Assembly: GCA_002083485.1 (NCBI GenBank)
Contig: LWDK01000040.1
Span: 3,723 to 67,722 of the forward strand
Length of the DNA: 64,000 nt
Direction: 5' to 3'
DNA from: Proteobacteria bacterium SG_bin7
Lineage (GTDB): Bacteria; Bdellovibrionota; Bdellovibrionia; Bdellovibrionales; SG-bin7
Shown piece after piece: positions 35,691 to 46,369 of this stretch. Made by a program: the position numbers and the translations under genes. Numbering within the stretch: position 1 is the stretch's first letter; each line of letters opens with the position of its first letter. Under the pieces are notes generated by a model that had not been told where the DNA came from, did no database searches, and was given only the letters and a program-made list of their open reading frames with translations.

Positions 35691-37004
35691 ATGGTGGATA
35701 TGCAGTGGGAATTTCGAAATATTTTAGCGAAAATTTTTAAGGTTCTGTTCGAACCTCTCTATTTTAAAAGTGACGAAAAAACGAGAAATTTAAACATAAC
35801 TTTCACAATTGTCTCATTTATCTGTTTGCTATCTCAAATTCCTTTTCTAATAAAGATAAGTTTCACCGACAAATATAAGAACTTAACTGGTCTCTATCTG
35901 ATCACCACATCTCTATACATTGTCGTATACGTCTTGAGCCGGACCGGTTGGTTAAGATTGGCTAATTCACTCTTAGTGACGACTCTAATCGTGGGTGTCT
36001 ATTCAGCGACAAAAGCCGATCCAAGAATCGAGATTCTCATCGCTTGCATCCCTTACCTTATCTTACCGGTTTTAGTCCTGGGACATCTGTCAACCTGGAA
36101 GGCCACCCTCGCCTATTCAGTCGTCTGCTTATTTGTGATTAATAACATCTCTCATGGCCTTCAAAATGAGTTGAGGAACGGAATGGCTTTCGGCACAATA
36201 CTTTTTTGCACTCTGGGAATCACTATAACTTTTTTAAAAAAATATTTCCGGACAAAAGGCGAAAATCAAAGAATCATGAGCATCTATCACTCTCGTTTAG
36301 CTTCTCTCAGCGAAATGGGTGCGGGCATAGCTCATGAAATCAATAATCCTCTTACTATAATACAAGGCTACGCCTCCCAAATGACCTCAATGATTCAGAG
36401 AAAGCAACTGAGTGATGACAAAGTCGTTCACGCAGCTGGAAAAATAATAGAGACCTCCGAGAGAATCGCAAAAGTCGTGCATAAGCTCCGCTCCTTTGCG
36501 CGTGACGGAGAAAATGAGGCCTTTCGCCACGAGCAGGTCAAAGTCATAGTCACAAGCGCTCTGGAATTTCACCGTGCGCGTTTTCGCAATCACAATATCA
36601 AGGTAAACTTTTCAGAAATTTCCCCTGAGCTATTTGTTAATTGCCGTCCAGTCCAACTGATTCAAGGCATTTTTAATTTGCTAAATAACTCATTCGAAGC
36701 GGTATCAAAACTCAATGAAAAATGGGTCCAGATTGATGTCTATGGGGTCGAGGATCAAATTGAAATTCACGTCACCGATTCTGGCAAGGGTATCGACGAG
36801 GATATCGCCAAAAAAATGTATGATCCTTTCTTTACAACAAAAGACGTAGGACAAGCCAGCGGCCTAGGGCTGAGTATTACTAATAGTCTGGTAGCCGCAC
36901 ACGGCGGAAAAATTTACCTAAATACAAAGGCAAAAAATACTTGTTTTGTTATTACAATCCCAAAATCTAATCCCATAGAAGTCAAAACAAAATCCGCAGC
37001 CTAG
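35691..37004 (+). CDS. Membrane sensor histidine kinase
   Basis: 437 aa with ~6 TM segments. Contains GIAHEINNPLT, LLNNSFEA, DSGKGI and GLGLSIT. Confidence 0.85.
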   Translation: MVDMQWEFRNILAKIFKVLFEPLYFKSDEKTRNLNITFTIVSFICLLSQIPFLIKISFTDKYKNLTGLYLITTSLYIVVYVLSRTGWLRLANSLLVTTLIVGVYSATKADPRIEILIACIPYLILPVLVLGHLSTWKATLAYSVVCLFVINNISHGLQNELRNGMAFGTILFCTLGITITFLKKYFRTKGENQRIMSIYHSRLASLSEMGAGIAHEINNPLTIIQGYASQMTSMIQRKQLSDDKVVHAAGKIIETSERIAKVVHKLRSFARDGENEAFRHEQVKVIVTSALEFHRARFRNHNIKVNFSEISPELFVNCRPVQLIQGIFNLLNNSFEAVSKLNEKWVQIDVYGVEDQIEIHVTDSGKGIDEDIAKKMYDPFFTTKDVGQASGLGLSITNSLVAAHGGKIYLNTKAKNTCFVITIPKSNPIEVKTKSAA

Positions 37005-37666
37005 GCCGTAGCTCGCGAGAACCACCATGCCCACACCTTCTTGGTTATCATAAATAGAAGGAATAATCCAACGCCCCAAATGACAAAAACCTTAAATCTA
37101 TATAGTGTCGCAAGAATGTCTCGGCCATACACAGAAACAAGAACGAGTTGGGTAGGAATACTCACCAAAGCGGCAAATAAATCCATTAAAATGAACTTCC
37201 AAAGTTTTAGATCCATCATTCCGCAAAATAAATGTCCTGGAAATCTCACGCCTGGCATAAATCTAAAAAAGAACACAGCCCACACTCCATAGCGGTGAGT
37301 GATGTTTTGGATTTTATTCATTTTTCCATTTTTAAATATTTTCTCAAAGCGCGGGCTCTTTTCGAGCATCTTACCGCTTCGATGTCCAATACTGTAAACC
37401 ACGATGTCACTGAATAAAACTGCGGCGACACAAACCAAAGAAGCAATCCAAGGGTTGATTGTAGGAGCGCCCGGATAAGGCGGAGGAAACAAATCAGGGT
37501 TAGCACCCATGTGAGATAAAACGGCGACAGTTATTATCGTGACCTCTTCGGGAATAGGTAACCCAAAAGCACTAAGAACCATCATTACAATGATGATCGC
37601 GTAAGTCATCAGAGGTTGATAAGCGTAGTTAGAAAGATATGAAAATATTGCTTCTTCAGAGTACAT
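37001..37666 (-). CDS. DedA/SNARE-associated family membrane protein
   Basis: 221 aa. ..GLPIPEE.. and ..FFRFMPGVR.. are DedA signatures. Confidence 0.7.
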   Translation of the reverse strand: MYSEEAIFSYLSNYAYQPLMTYAIIIVMMVLSAFGLPIPEEVTIITVAVLSHMGANPDLFPPPYPGAPTINPWIASLVCVAAVLFSDIVVYSIGHRSGKMLEKSPRFEKIFKNGKMNKIQNITHRYGVWAVFFFRFMPGVRFPGHLFCGMMDLKLWKFILMDLFAALVSIPTQLVLVSVYGRDILATLYRFKVFVIWGVGLFLLFMITKKVWAWWFSRATA

Positions 37667-37784
37667 TGAAAAATTCTATCGTTTGTTACTGAGCAAATAA
37701 ATCCCAATTGAAAAAAAATCCTGACAACAACGCGCGCAATCAATGACCTGTTGTTTCAAGGAACGCGAAAAATCTCGTTTTAAA

Positions 37785-38204
37785 CTAGGCAGCGTGCTTA
37801 TCGGCGACGCTAAACAATTCGTTTGCTTCTACTTCGAAACGTTTCTCCAAAGACTCGATCATTTTTTTTGTCTCAGCTAAAAATCCTTTGTTGTCGGACT
37901 GAATATTTTTAACCATCATCCATTTTGCATAGTAACGGTCAAAATCCATCTTCAGTGGATTGCAAGATTTCATAAACGTTTCTGCAACAGTTTTGGTTTT
38001 ATTATTTTTTAACATATCGGGATATAGAGTTTTATCAGAATGGGCCCAATACATTTTCAATGCACCTGAAAGTTTACCAACTGCACGAACTGCGTTCTGT
38101 GGCTCCTTCATCAAATTTTCTACGATCATATATTGTGATAAATCGCCAAGTAACTTGATTAAATTTTCTTGGTTTTTGCGAAACTTGTCGGTCTTTTTGC
38201 CCAT
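37785..38204 (-). CDS. Hypothetical helical protein
   Basis: 139 aa with no recognised motif. A hairpin plus T8 tract lies downstream on the minus strand (37711-37755). Confidence 0.4.
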   Translation of the reverse strand: MGKKTDKFRKNQENLIKLLGDLSQYMIVENLMKEPQNAVRAVGKLSGALKMYWAHSDKTLYPDMLKNNKTKTVAETFMKSCNPLKMDFDRYYAKWMMVKNIQSDNKGFLAETKKMIESLEKRFEVEANELFSVADKHAA

Positions 38205-38270
38205 TCGTGGCCTCCTTGATATCTATATATTATCGGAGGTAAAGAATGAAATTCCAACTGGACCTGAATC

Positions 38271-38714
38271 TTAGGAGGGGAAGTTAGCCCGACCTTCGCC
38301 TATCATCTCACCATTTAAATAGATTGAATATTCAATCGGACAAACACGCGCAATCATGGCGCTTACAGAACAAAATTTGCTCTGCGACAAGCGCACAGCT
38401 TCGATTAATTTATTTTTTTCAATTTTTCCTTCCAGGCGATAGGCCAGTCGAACGCGAGAAAAAATCTTTGGCATTTTTTTCTCAACCATTTCTGCCTCAG
38501 AATCCAAGGTAAATTTAGAGACCTCTTGTTTGTATTTCTTCATTAATGCGATCACATCCATAGCTGTGCATCCGCAAATCGCGACTAAAACCATCGATTT
38601 TGGAGAGGGTGCACCATCATTACCCAGTGGAGATTTAGCGTCCATAACAACGTTATGGCCATCGGAGACGGCCTCAAACTTCATACGTTCAACCCAATTG
38701 CAACTTACCTTCAT
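38271..38714 (-). CDS. OsmC/Ohr family peroxiredoxin-like protein
   Basis: 147 aa with the two conserved Cys contexts ..AICGCTAMD.. and ..SKFCSVSAM... Confidence 0.75.
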   Translation of the reverse strand: MKVSCNWVERMKFEAVSDGHNVVMDAKSPLGNDGAPSPKSMVLVAICGCTAMDVIALMKKYKQEVSKFTLDSEAEMVEKKMPKIFSRVRLAYRLEGKIEKNKLIEAVRLSQSKFCSVSAMIARVCPIEYSIYLNGEMIGEGRANFPS

Positions 38715-38762
38715 TGATCCCCCAATACTAAGAAATCTTTACAACATCTATATCCCGTTCTC

Positions 38763-40634
38763 ATGACGAGCGCAAACCCTTGTGATATAGAATCTCCTAT
38801 GCAAACACTCCTGATTACGCCGCCTCTCATTCAAATGAATTCTCCTTACCCGGCAACTGCCTATTTAACAGGGTACCTTAAAAAACAAGGCCTTCCCGTC
38901 GAGCAAAGAGATCTTAGTCTAGAATTTTTACTCAAAGTTTTTTCAAAAGATGGTCTCGACATAATAAGAAAAGAAATTAATGTTGCTAAAACGGATTCCA
39001 CAAAGTTTTTCCTAGGAGCATTCGACGACTATCAGACCACAATAGAGAGCGTCATTAACTTCTTGCAAGGTAACGACCCGTCTCTCGCTCTTCGCATCGC
39101 AGAGAGAAAATTACTTCCGGAAGGCCCCCGGTTTTTACCCTTGAGCCAGCACGAGAGCTTATTAGTAAACTTTGGTGCCCTTGGAGTGAACGACAAAGCT
39201 AAATACATTGCCTCCCTTTACCTGGATGATATTGCCGATGTAATTCAAAAAGATGTCGACGAGAACTTTCAGTTTTCTAGATATGGCGAACAGTTGGCTT
39301 CGTCCCAAACTAGTTTTGATTCTCTTTACGAGCGCACAAAATACCCATCGGTGCTAATAACTAAAATTCTTAGTCCCATTGTCCAAAGTTACCTCGATGA
39401 AATTAAACCCGAACTCATTGGTTTTACAATTCCATTTCCGGGAAACTTCTTAGGCGCTCTACATGCGGCGCGAATTGTTAAAACTTTTGCACCCAATACA
39501 AAAATAGTGATTGGTGGTGGATTTATAAATACCGAGTTACGGGAGCTTTCTGATAAGAGAATTTTTGAATTTACCGACTATATCGTATTTGACGATGGCG
39601 AAATTGCCCTCGAAAAATTAATCAAAGGGCAGCCACTCTCAAAGACCTGGCACCTCAGTGAAGAAACAAAAGAAATCGTTAAACATGAACAGAGAGATCC
39701 AAAAAATTTTCGCGATTATGCTTACCCTACCTTCATTGGCCTCGACAACAAAAAGTACTTTTCTATGATCGAAATGCCTAATCGCATGCATCGCTTTTGG
39801 TCCGACTTTAAATGGAATAAAATAATTCTTGCCCATGGTTGTTATTGGAAAAAATGTACTTTCTGTGACGTCACTCTCGACTACATTGAGCGCTTTGAAC
39901 CGCTCAAGTCTGAAGAGATTGTTGATATGATGGAGCGACTAGCGGAAGAGACAGGTTCAACAGGTTTTCATTTCGTCGATGAAGCCGCACCACCGGCTCT
40001 CCTTAAGGCAATGGCAACTGAAATTATTAAACGCCGACTCACCTTCAGTTGGTGGGGAAATATTCGCTTTGATTCTTTCTTCACTCCTGACGTTACGGAC
40101 CTACTCGCTGACTCGGGGTGTGTGGCCGTCAGTGGGGGGCTCGAGGTTGCAAGTCCTCGACTACTAAAACTCATCAACAAAGGAGTCAATCTACCTCAGG
40201 TCACAGAAGTTACGAAAGCTTTTCGCAACTCTGGGATATTTGTACACGCCTATTTAATGTATGGCTTTCCAACTCAAACTACTCAGGAAACCATCGATAG
40301 TCTCGAAGTTGTCCGCAATCTTTTCAAGAACCAATGCATCGACTCCGCCTTCTGGCATCGCTTCGTATGTACTATTCATAGCCCAATTGGAAAGAATCCT
40401 GAGAAGTTTAACCTCATACTTTTTCCCCCGCCGAAACCAAAAAGTGGAGTCTTTGCAGTAAACACGATTCCCTTTCATGACCCCACAGGAACCAATCATG
40501 ACGCTCTTGGCAAAGGACTTAAGAAAGCTCTTTATAACTATATGCATGGAGTTGGTATTGACGAGGAGTTACAGTTTTGGTTTGACATCAAAATTCCTAA
40601 ACCTAAATCCGTAAAGGAGATTTTCACCCCATGA
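38763..40634 (+). CDS. B12-binding-domain radical SAM protein
   Basis: 623 aa. The N-terminal LLITPPL..NSPYPATAYL pattern is cobalamin-binding-like. Cys cluster HGCYWKKCTFCDV. An alternative start at ATG 38799 is possible. Confidence 0.7.
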   Translation: MTSANPCDIESPMQTLLITPPLIQMNSPYPATAYLTGYLKKQGLPVEQRDLSLEFLLKVFSKDGLDIIRKEINVAKTDSTKFFLGAFDDYQTTIESVINFLQGNDPSLALRIAERKLLPEGPRFLPLSQHESLLVNFGALGVNDKAKYIASLYLDDIADVIQKDVDENFQFSRYGEQLASSQTSFDSLYERTKYPSVLITKILSPIVQSYLDEIKPELIGFTIPFPGNFLGALHAARIVKTFAPNTKIVIGGGFINTELRELSDKRIFEFTDYIVFDDGEIALEKLIKGQPLSKTWHLSEETKEIVKHEQRDPKNFRDYAYPTFIGLDNKKYFSMIEMPNRMHRFWSDFKWNKIILAHGCYWKKCTFCDVTLDYIERFEPLKSEEIVDMMERLAEETGSTGFHFVDEAAPPALLKAMATEIIKRRLTFSWWGNIRFDSFFTPDVTDLLADSGCVAVSGGLEVASPRLLKLINKGVNLPQVTEVTKAFRNSGIFVHAYLMYGFPTQTTQETIDSLEVVRNLFKNQCIDSAFWHRFVCTIHSPIGKNPEKFNLILFPPPKPKSGVFAVNTIPFHDPTGTNHDALGKGLKKALYNYMHGVGIDEELQFWFDIKIPKPKSVKEIFTP

Positions 40635-40864
40635 CCGACTTACAACCAATCGGTAAGATTCTCGTCATCTCTGGAATCGTAATTACAGTGATAGGAATAA
40701 TTCTTTGGAGTGGCGAACGATTGTCCTTTTTACGCTTTCTTGGCCGCTTACCCGGTGACATCGCAATCGAAAAGGAAAATTTCAAATTTTATTTTCCACT
40801 CGCGACAAGCATTTTGGTCAGCGTCGTATTGTCAGTTATTTTTTGGTTACTTCGAAAGCTTTAA
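40631..40864 (+). CDS. DUF2905 family small membrane protein
   Basis: 77 aa. ..LGRLPGDIAIEKENFKFYFPLATSILVSV.. matches the DUF2905 pattern. ATGA overlap with the radical SAM gene. Confidence 0.7.
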   Translation: MTDLQPIGKILVISGIVITVIGIILWSGERLSFLRFLGRLPGDIAIEKENFKFYFPLATSILVSVVLSVIFWLLRKL

Positions 40865-41190
40865 ATTGCCTGCACGTCAGCCTCGCTGTAAGGCTTTGAA
40901 AAACGAAAGCGCTTCCAGTTTTTAATCTGTCGCTGAATTTGGCTGGCAAGTTTTAATACTAATAATTTGGGGTCATCTTCATTATCAGCAGCGCAAAAAC
41001 GTGCGGGCGCTGAATTGACATTAATGAAGCCAACATAAAAGCTGTTCTTTCTATTGATTTCAATGTTTATAAAAGACTCGTTGGGAGATAGGACTTGAAT
41101 TTGTTCTGCGACCGTTTTCAAAAACGCTAAAAACTCTTGATCAGGGCTAAAACCTCTAAAATCAAAGTTACATTGTGCTAAATCTAACAT
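40861..41190 (-). CDS. Hypothetical protein, possibly HPF/RaiA-like ribosome-associated factor
   Basis: 109 aa. The alternating beta-alpha pattern and C-terminal ..QIQRQIKNWKRFR.. are reminiscent of short HPF/RaiA proteins. Tentative. Confidence 0.3.
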   Translation of the reverse strand: MLDLAQCNFDFRGFSPDQEFLAFLKTVAEQIQVLSPNESFINIEINRKNSFYVGFINVNSAPARFCAADNEDDPKLLVLKLASQIQRQIKNWKRFRFSKPYSEADVQAI

Positions 41191-41415
41191 TAAAAACCCC
41201 CCGTTTCGTGGTCGATCATATCAGCAATTCTGAGTCCGTTTAGCTTTTTGTCCATAAGTTGACCCACTGCTGCTTTTTTGGCATCATCCTATGCCATTGA
41301 ACTTATTGGATTTTATTAGATTTCGACGGAAGTCTAGTCTTTGTAAAGAATTTCTTACTTTGCCGACATCCAAATTTTTTTAGGTAACGTATACTAGTTT
41401 AAGGGAGTTTTAGAC

Positions 41416-42438
41416 GTGAAAACTTGTACTTTAATTTTTTTGCTATCAGGTTTAGTTTCTACAGTTTCCCCCGCCGGAGAAGGAGGAGGCATGACTCAAT
41501 ATTGGAAAACCAATCACATGGGCAAGGACCTAAAAAAAATACTTAGCGAGCAGGAGTACCAAGTTACTCAAAAGGAAGGCACTGAGCCCGCCTTCCAAAA
41601 TAAATATTGGGACAATCATGAAGATGGTATTTATGTTGATATCGTTTCGGGTGAGCCGCTCTTTAGTTCGCTTGATAAATATGATTCTGGAACGGGATGG
41701 CCGAGTTTTACAAAACCCATTGATGACGGAAGTGTAAAATTTAGAAAGGATATAAAGTTATTTTCTGTGCGCACTGAAGTTCGCTCAAAAATGGGTGATT
41801 CTCATTTAGGACACGTGTTTGATGACGGTCCGAAAGACAGGGGCGGAAAACGTTTCTGCATGAATTCTTCGGCAATGCGTTTCGTCCCAGTCAACAAAAT
41901 GAAGGATGAAGGCTATGTTGGATATCTCAAGCTCTTCGAGAAAAAGAGTAAAAATATTGAACGCGCGGTCTTCTCTGCCGGTTGCTTCTGGGGTGTAGAA
42001 GAAATTATACGTAACGCAAAAGGTGTGGTTGGTACGCGGGTCGGTTATACTGGCGGCAAAACTGAATATCCCACATATGAAACTGTAAAGCTGGGAAACA
42101 CCGGTCACGCCGAAGCAATTGAAGTTGAATATGATGCGAGTGTCACATCCTATGACGAACTATTAACTTTATTTTTTAGGCTTCACGACCCTACAACTTT
42201 GAATCGCCAAGGTAACGATATCGGCACACAATATCGCTCAACCATATTTTTTTCGGACGAAACACAAAAGAAAGCTGCTAACCAAAAAATTGCCTCTCTT
42301 ACAGCGAAGAAAAAATTCACAAAACCTATTACGACTACTATTGAAAAACTGGGACAGTTCTATCCGGCGGAAGAATATCATCAAAAATACCTTCAGAAAA
42401 ATCCTGGCGGATATACGTGTCATTATTTACGCGACTGA
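41416..42438 (+). CDS. msrAB: Exported bifunctional methionine sulfoxide reductase MsrB-MsrA
   Basis: 340 aa with a GTG start and signal peptide. MsrB region (..GTGWPSF.., ..[10 protein letters not shown].., RFCMNS) is followed by MsrA (..[11 protein letters not shown].., ..GHAEA..). Confidence 0.85.
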   Translation: MKTCTLIFLLSGLVSTVSPAGEGGGMTQYWKTNHMGKDLKKILSEQEYQVTQKEGTEPAFQNKYWDNHEDGIYVDIVSGEPLFSSLDKYDSGTGWPSFTKPIDDGSVKFRKDIKLFSVRTEVRSKMGDSHLGHVFDDGPKDRGGKRFCMNSSAMRFVPVNKMKDEGYVGYLKLFEKKSKNIERAVFSAGCFWGVEEIIRNAKGVVGTRVGYTGGKTEYPTYETVKLGNTGHAEAIEVEYDASVTSYDELLTLFFRLHDPTTLNRQGNDIGTQYRSTIFFSDETQKKAANQKIASLTAKKKFTKPITTTIEKLGQFYPAEEYHQKYLQKNPGGYTCHYLRD

Positions 42439-42860
42439 CGCTTCGGCATGTTTCCCGATTTGTTAAAGGTCATATGCATACCATTAACTTTTAATGAGCC
42501 CGCGAAATTATAGGTGAGCGGTTTATCTACTAACATATCAAATACTGCTCCAACGAGAGAACTTGTCGGAACAACCATTGGCAATTCAATTTTCTTTGTT
42601 GAATTTGCATCCACGTTTATGTCAGTTCCCAATTCCTGCTTAAAGGGAGCACTATCATTTAATTGAAATGTATAACGTAAATCGTCTATTTCTAGATCTC
42701 GGGAGTTTGGATTCTTCACTTCCAAGGTGACATTTAAATCAATTTCTCTTTCGGTAAACTTTTTTACAGTAAGGCTTTCCATTTTTACTTCCGGTTTTTT
42801 CAGGCTAAATAAGCTACAGCCAGTAAGGCCTAGCAAAAAAATCAGTAAAATATATTTCAT
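42423..42860 (-). CDS. LEA14/WHy-like (LEA_2) lipoprotein
   Basis: 145 aa with lipobox LGLTGCSL. ..[23 protein letters not shown].. is typical of LEA_2 domains. Confidence 0.6.
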   Translation of the reverse strand: MKYILLIFLLGLTGCSLFSLKKPEVKMESLTVKKFTEREIDLNVTLEVKNPNSRDLEIDDLRYTFQLNDSAPFKQELGTDINVDANSTKKIELPMVVPTSSLVGAVFDMLVDKPLTYNFAGSLKVNGMHMTFNKSGNMPKRQSRK

Positions 42861-42885
42861 TTATCCCCCAATGACACACTATAGA

Positions 42886-42908
42886 CGGAAAAAAGTGTCA
42901 GGCACTTT
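42886..42908 (-). terminator. Short hairpin plus T-tract after livF
   Basis: On the minus strand, AAAGTG-cctga-CACTTT (plus-strand coordinates 42892-42908) runs into a T6 tract and begins at the TGA stop. The stem is weak (6 bp, AT-rich). Confidence 0.35.
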
Positions 42909-43612
42909 CAATCACCCAAGTACGCTTTTCTGACTTCATCTGAGTCTAAAAGACTTTTTGCGTCACCTTTTAAGACAACTGTGCCCGTTTCTAACACCAT
43001 TCCCAAATGTGATATCTTTAATGCCTGTAGTGCGTTTTGCTCAACCAACAGCACTGTTTTGCCTTCAGAATTAATTTTTTGAATAATTTCAAAAATTCTT
43101 TCAATCATTTGCGGCGCAAGTCCTAAGCTTGGTTCATCCAAAAGCAACAACTCCGGGTGACTCATTAAAGCCCTGCCGATCGCGAGCATTTGCAGTTCGC
43201 CACCTGACATCGTCCCGGCATTCTGCTTAAATCTTTCTTTTAGTCTAGGGAACAGTCTAAAAACATTTTCTAAATCAATTTCAAAAGATTTTTTATCAGG
43301 AGCTGACCACGCTCCCAAATCTAAATTCTCTTCGACCGTTAAATTTAAAAAAATTCCGCGGCCCTCTGGCGCCTGCACTACTCGCTTACGCACAATTTCA
43401 TGAGGCTTCAAATTGCTGATGACTGTCCCATCGTAAACCACTTTTCCGTGAACCGGCTTCACTAACCCCGAAATCGTTCTCAATATTGACGACTTGCCTG
43501 CGCCATTCGCTCCCACAAGCGTGACGATCTTTCCTTTTGGTACTTCGAATGAGACATCCTTAACTGCCTTAATCGCCCCATAGGATACATGAATATTATC
43601 AACCTTAAGCAT
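42908..43612 (-). CDS. livF: Branched-chain amino acid ABC transporter ATP-binding protein
   Basis: Walker A GANGAGKSS, signature SGGELQML, Walker B LLLLDEPS. Start set to ATG 43612 (MLKVDNI), overlapping the livG stop by 8 nt. Confidence 0.85.
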   Translation of the reverse strand: MLKVDNIHVSYGAIKAVKDVSFEVPKGKIVTLVGANGAGKSSILRTISGLVKPVHGKVVYDGTVISNLKPHEIVRKRVVQAPEGRGIFLNLTVEENLDLGAWSAPDKKSFEIDLENVFRLFPRLKERFKQNAGTMSGGELQMLAIGRALMSHPELLLLDEPSLGLAPQMIERIFEIIQKINSEGKTVLLVEQNALQALKISHLGMVLETGTVVLKGDAKSLLDSDEVRKAYLGD

Positions 43613-44405
43613 GTGAGGCCTTCCCAAGATAGGCTTCAATCACCTTCGGATTTTTCTTAATCTCGTCAGGTTCTCCTTCGGCAATTTTAACACCATAGTC
43701 AAGAACCGCAATGCGTTCACAGATTCCCATTACAAGTTTCATATCATGTTCAATCAACAATATAGTCACACCAAAATTCTTTCGTAATCCTCGAATTGTA
43801 TCCATGAGCGCCTTTGTTTCCTGTGGATTTAACCCCGCTGCTGGCTCATCTAGCAATATAATTTTAGCGCCTGTACCCATTGCTCTGGCCATTTCAAGCC
43901 GGCGCTGATCTCCATAAGGCAGATTTTTTGCGAGAGTATCCCAACGATTCTCTAGCCCAAAAATTTTAAGATACTCAAAAGCTTTCGCAATTTTCATTAA
44001 CTCGTTGTCCGTGGCGGACTGACTTCTCCAGATACTCAAAATTAAGTTAAATTTTTTTATTCCCGGATTTGCGTCCAACGATATTAACAGGTTTTCAAGC
44101 ACAGATAGTTCTTTGAACAAGCGAATGTTTTGAAAGGTTCGTGAAATTCCACGTCGAGTAATCTCGTGGGGCTTCATACCTAAAATCGATTTTCCCAAAA
44201 TTTTCACATCACCACTGGTAGGCCGATAAATCCCCGTAATCATATTAAACGCAGTTGTCTTTCCCGCGCCATTTGGACCAATCAAACCAAAAATCGATCC
44301 GCTTGGAATTACCAAGTTAAAATCATTTATCGCCTTCAAACCGCCAAACTGAATACTCAAACTATTGAGCTCAATGGCTGCGCCGGTAACTTTTGAAGTA
44401 TTCAT
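43605..44405 (-). CDS. livG: Branched-chain amino acid ABC transporter ATP-binding protein
   Basis: 266 aa. Contains GPNGAGKTT, YGDQRRLE and IILLDEPAAG. Confidence 0.85.
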   Translation of the reverse strand: MNTSKVTGAAIELNSLSIQFGGLKAINDFNLVIPSGSIFGLIGPNGAGKTTAFNMITGIYRPTSGDVKILGKSILGMKPHEITRRGISRTFQNIRLFKELSVLENLLISLDANPGIKKFNLILSIWRSQSATDNELMKIAKAFEYLKIFGLENRWDTLAKNLPYGDQRRLEMARAMGTGAKIILLDEPAAGLNPQETKALMDTIRGLRKNFGVTILLIEHDMKLVMGICERIAVLDYGVKIAEGEPDEIKKNPKVIEAYLGKASHA

Positions 44406-45445
44406 AGCGCATGCCCTCTTTTGCCAAAAAACTTTCTTAGTCTAGCTGGCAAATAGTCATAAAATTCTGTTTTCCCAAATAATCCATTTGGACGAAGAAG
44501 CATCAATGCAATTAACACTAATGAAAAGATCACCATACGCAGGTCAATTTTTGTATAGATCTGCAGTTCTCTCAACGCTTCTCGAATATAGGTAAGAAAA
44601 ACGGCAGCAACAACAGAGCCCGTGATACTGCCCATCCCACCCGCTACTACCATTATAATGATTTCAAAATTCCGATTTAAATCAAAGCTCTGTGGGTTTA
44701 AATATTTTAAGTGGTGGGCAAACAATCCACCAGCAATTCCAGCAAAAAATGCCGCAAACACAAAGGCCCTGACTTTACTTTGAGTAACATTAATCCCCAT
44801 AGCCTGCGCTGCTAACTCATCTTCTCGCACCGCCATTAAAGCTCGGCCCTGATAGGAATGGACAAGTCTAGACATACAGAAAACAGTAAGGACAACAAAC
44901 GTGTATACCCATCCAAAACTTGAAAACTTGTCTATGTCAGGAAGGCCACGCGCGCCTCCTAAAAAATCCATATTTAGAATTAAAACACGAATGATCTCGC
45001 CAAACCCCAAGGTCACTATTGCCAAATAGTCACCTTTTAGTCTTAATGTCGGCAATCCGACAACGTAACCAAAAAGTGCCGCGACAAATCCGCCACAAAA
45101 AAGCGAAACTATAAATAGTCCAACACCCAAACTCGAAGTTGAAAAAACGTCGCCCATTTGCCCACGCAGAAACAATGTGATGAATGCACTTGTATAACCG
45201 CCAACGGCCATGAACCCAGCGTGACCCATAGAAAATTGCCCAGTAAATCCGTTTACTAAATTCAAACTACTGGCGAGAATAATATTAATTCCAGCGTAGA
45301 TTAAAATTGTCATGGTTGCGGACTGACTAAATTCGGTATTTGCAGCGAAGACCACTTCTAAAATCCAAACTAAAATAAAAAGCATCATCCAAATACCAAA
45401 CGCTTTAATTCCTGATTTTTGTCGAAAATGGTCTAATTCCGTCAT
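44402..45445 (-). CDS. livM: Branched-chain amino acid ABC transporter permease
   Basis: 347 aa polytopic membrane protein in the livKHMGF order. 4-nt overlap with livG. Confidence 0.8.
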   Translation of the reverse strand: MTELDHFRQKSGIKAFGIWMMLFILVWILEVVFAANTEFSQSATMTILIYAGINIILASSLNLVNGFTGQFSMGHAGFMAVGGYTSAFITLFLRGQMGDVFSTSSLGVGLFIVSLFCGGFVAALFGYVVGLPTLRLKGDYLAIVTLGFGEIIRVLILNMDFLGGARGLPDIDKFSSFGWVYTFVVLTVFCMSRLVHSYQGRALMAVREDELAAQAMGINVTQSKVRAFVFAAFFAGIAGGLFAHHLKYLNPQSFDLNRNFEIIIMVVAGGMGSITGSVVAAVFLTYIREALRELQIYTKIDLRMVIFSLVLIALMLLRPNGLFGKTEFYDYLPARLRKFFGKRGHAL

Positions 45446-45460
45446 TGCTGCTTTCTTGTC

Positions 45461-46363
45461 CTAAACTTTTTCGTTAGTGGCTTTGCCAAAAAGACCTGTC
45501 GGTTTAAAAAGTAAAATTAATATCAATAGGCCAAATGCGAGGGCGTCCCGATAGCTAGGTATCCAATACCCCACTAAGAATTCTTCCGCGAGTCCCAAAG
45601 TTACCGCCCCGACAACGGCACCCACAATATTTCCTATGCCACCAAGCACCGCCGAAACAAAAGCTTTTAACCCAGGCATGATTCCCATTAGCGGTTCAAT
45701 CTTAGGGTAAACAAGTCCAACTAAAACACCCGCGGCTCCTGCCAGCGCGCTTCCCATAACAAATGTGGCAGAGATAATTCGGTCCGTAGGAATTCCCATG
45801 AGGCTCGCAAGTTTATGATCAAAACTCACGGCCCGCATAGCTCTGCCTAAACGCGTTTTAAATATAATAAACTGAAGTATTATCATGAGAGTAATTGAAA
45901 TACCCAAAACAGTAATTTGAAGTGGGTTGATACTCACACCTGCAATCTCCCACTCAGTGTCAGGAGTATAAATTTCAGGAAAAAACTTTGGGTCGGCACC
46001 AAACACAATTTGCCCGGCATATTCAAGAAATAGTGAAACACCAACCGCGGTAATTAATAAATTAATCCTTGGAGCGCCCCGGAGTGGCCGATAAGCAAAA
46101 CGCTCGATAACAAAACCCACAATTCCGCAAATTACCATCGCCGAAATTAATACAAAAAGCAAAGAGCCGAGAGAAGGATTCTGTGCCAGTTGAAATTTGC
46201 CCGCGACATAGAACCCAACAAACGCCCCAAGCATATAGACGTCGCCGTGAGCAAAATTGATCAAACTCAATATCCCGAATACCATTGTATATCCCAAAGC
46301 AATGAGCGCATAAATGCTCCCAAGAGATATACCGTTAATAATGTGTTGAAAAAATTCTACCAT
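45461..46363 (-). CDS. livH: Branched-chain amino acid ABC transporter permease
   Basis: 300 aa. The N-terminus ..QHIINGISLGSIYALIALGYTMVFG.. is typical of LivH. Confidence 0.85.
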   Translation of the reverse strand: MVEFFQHIINGISLGSIYALIALGYTMVFGILSLINFAHGDVYMLGAFVGFYVAGKFQLAQNPSLGSLLFVLISAMVICGIVGFVIERFAYRPLRGAPRINLLITAVGVSLFLEYAGQIVFGADPKFFPEIYTPDTEWEIAGVSINPLQITVLGISITLMIILQFIIFKTRLGRAMRAVSFDHKLASLMGIPTDRIISATFVMGSALAGAAGVLVGLVYPKIEPLMGIMPGLKAFVSAVLGGIGNIVGAVVGAVTLGLAEEFLVGYWIPSYRDALAFGLLILILLFKPTGLFGKATNEKV

Positions 46364-46369
46364 GGAACC

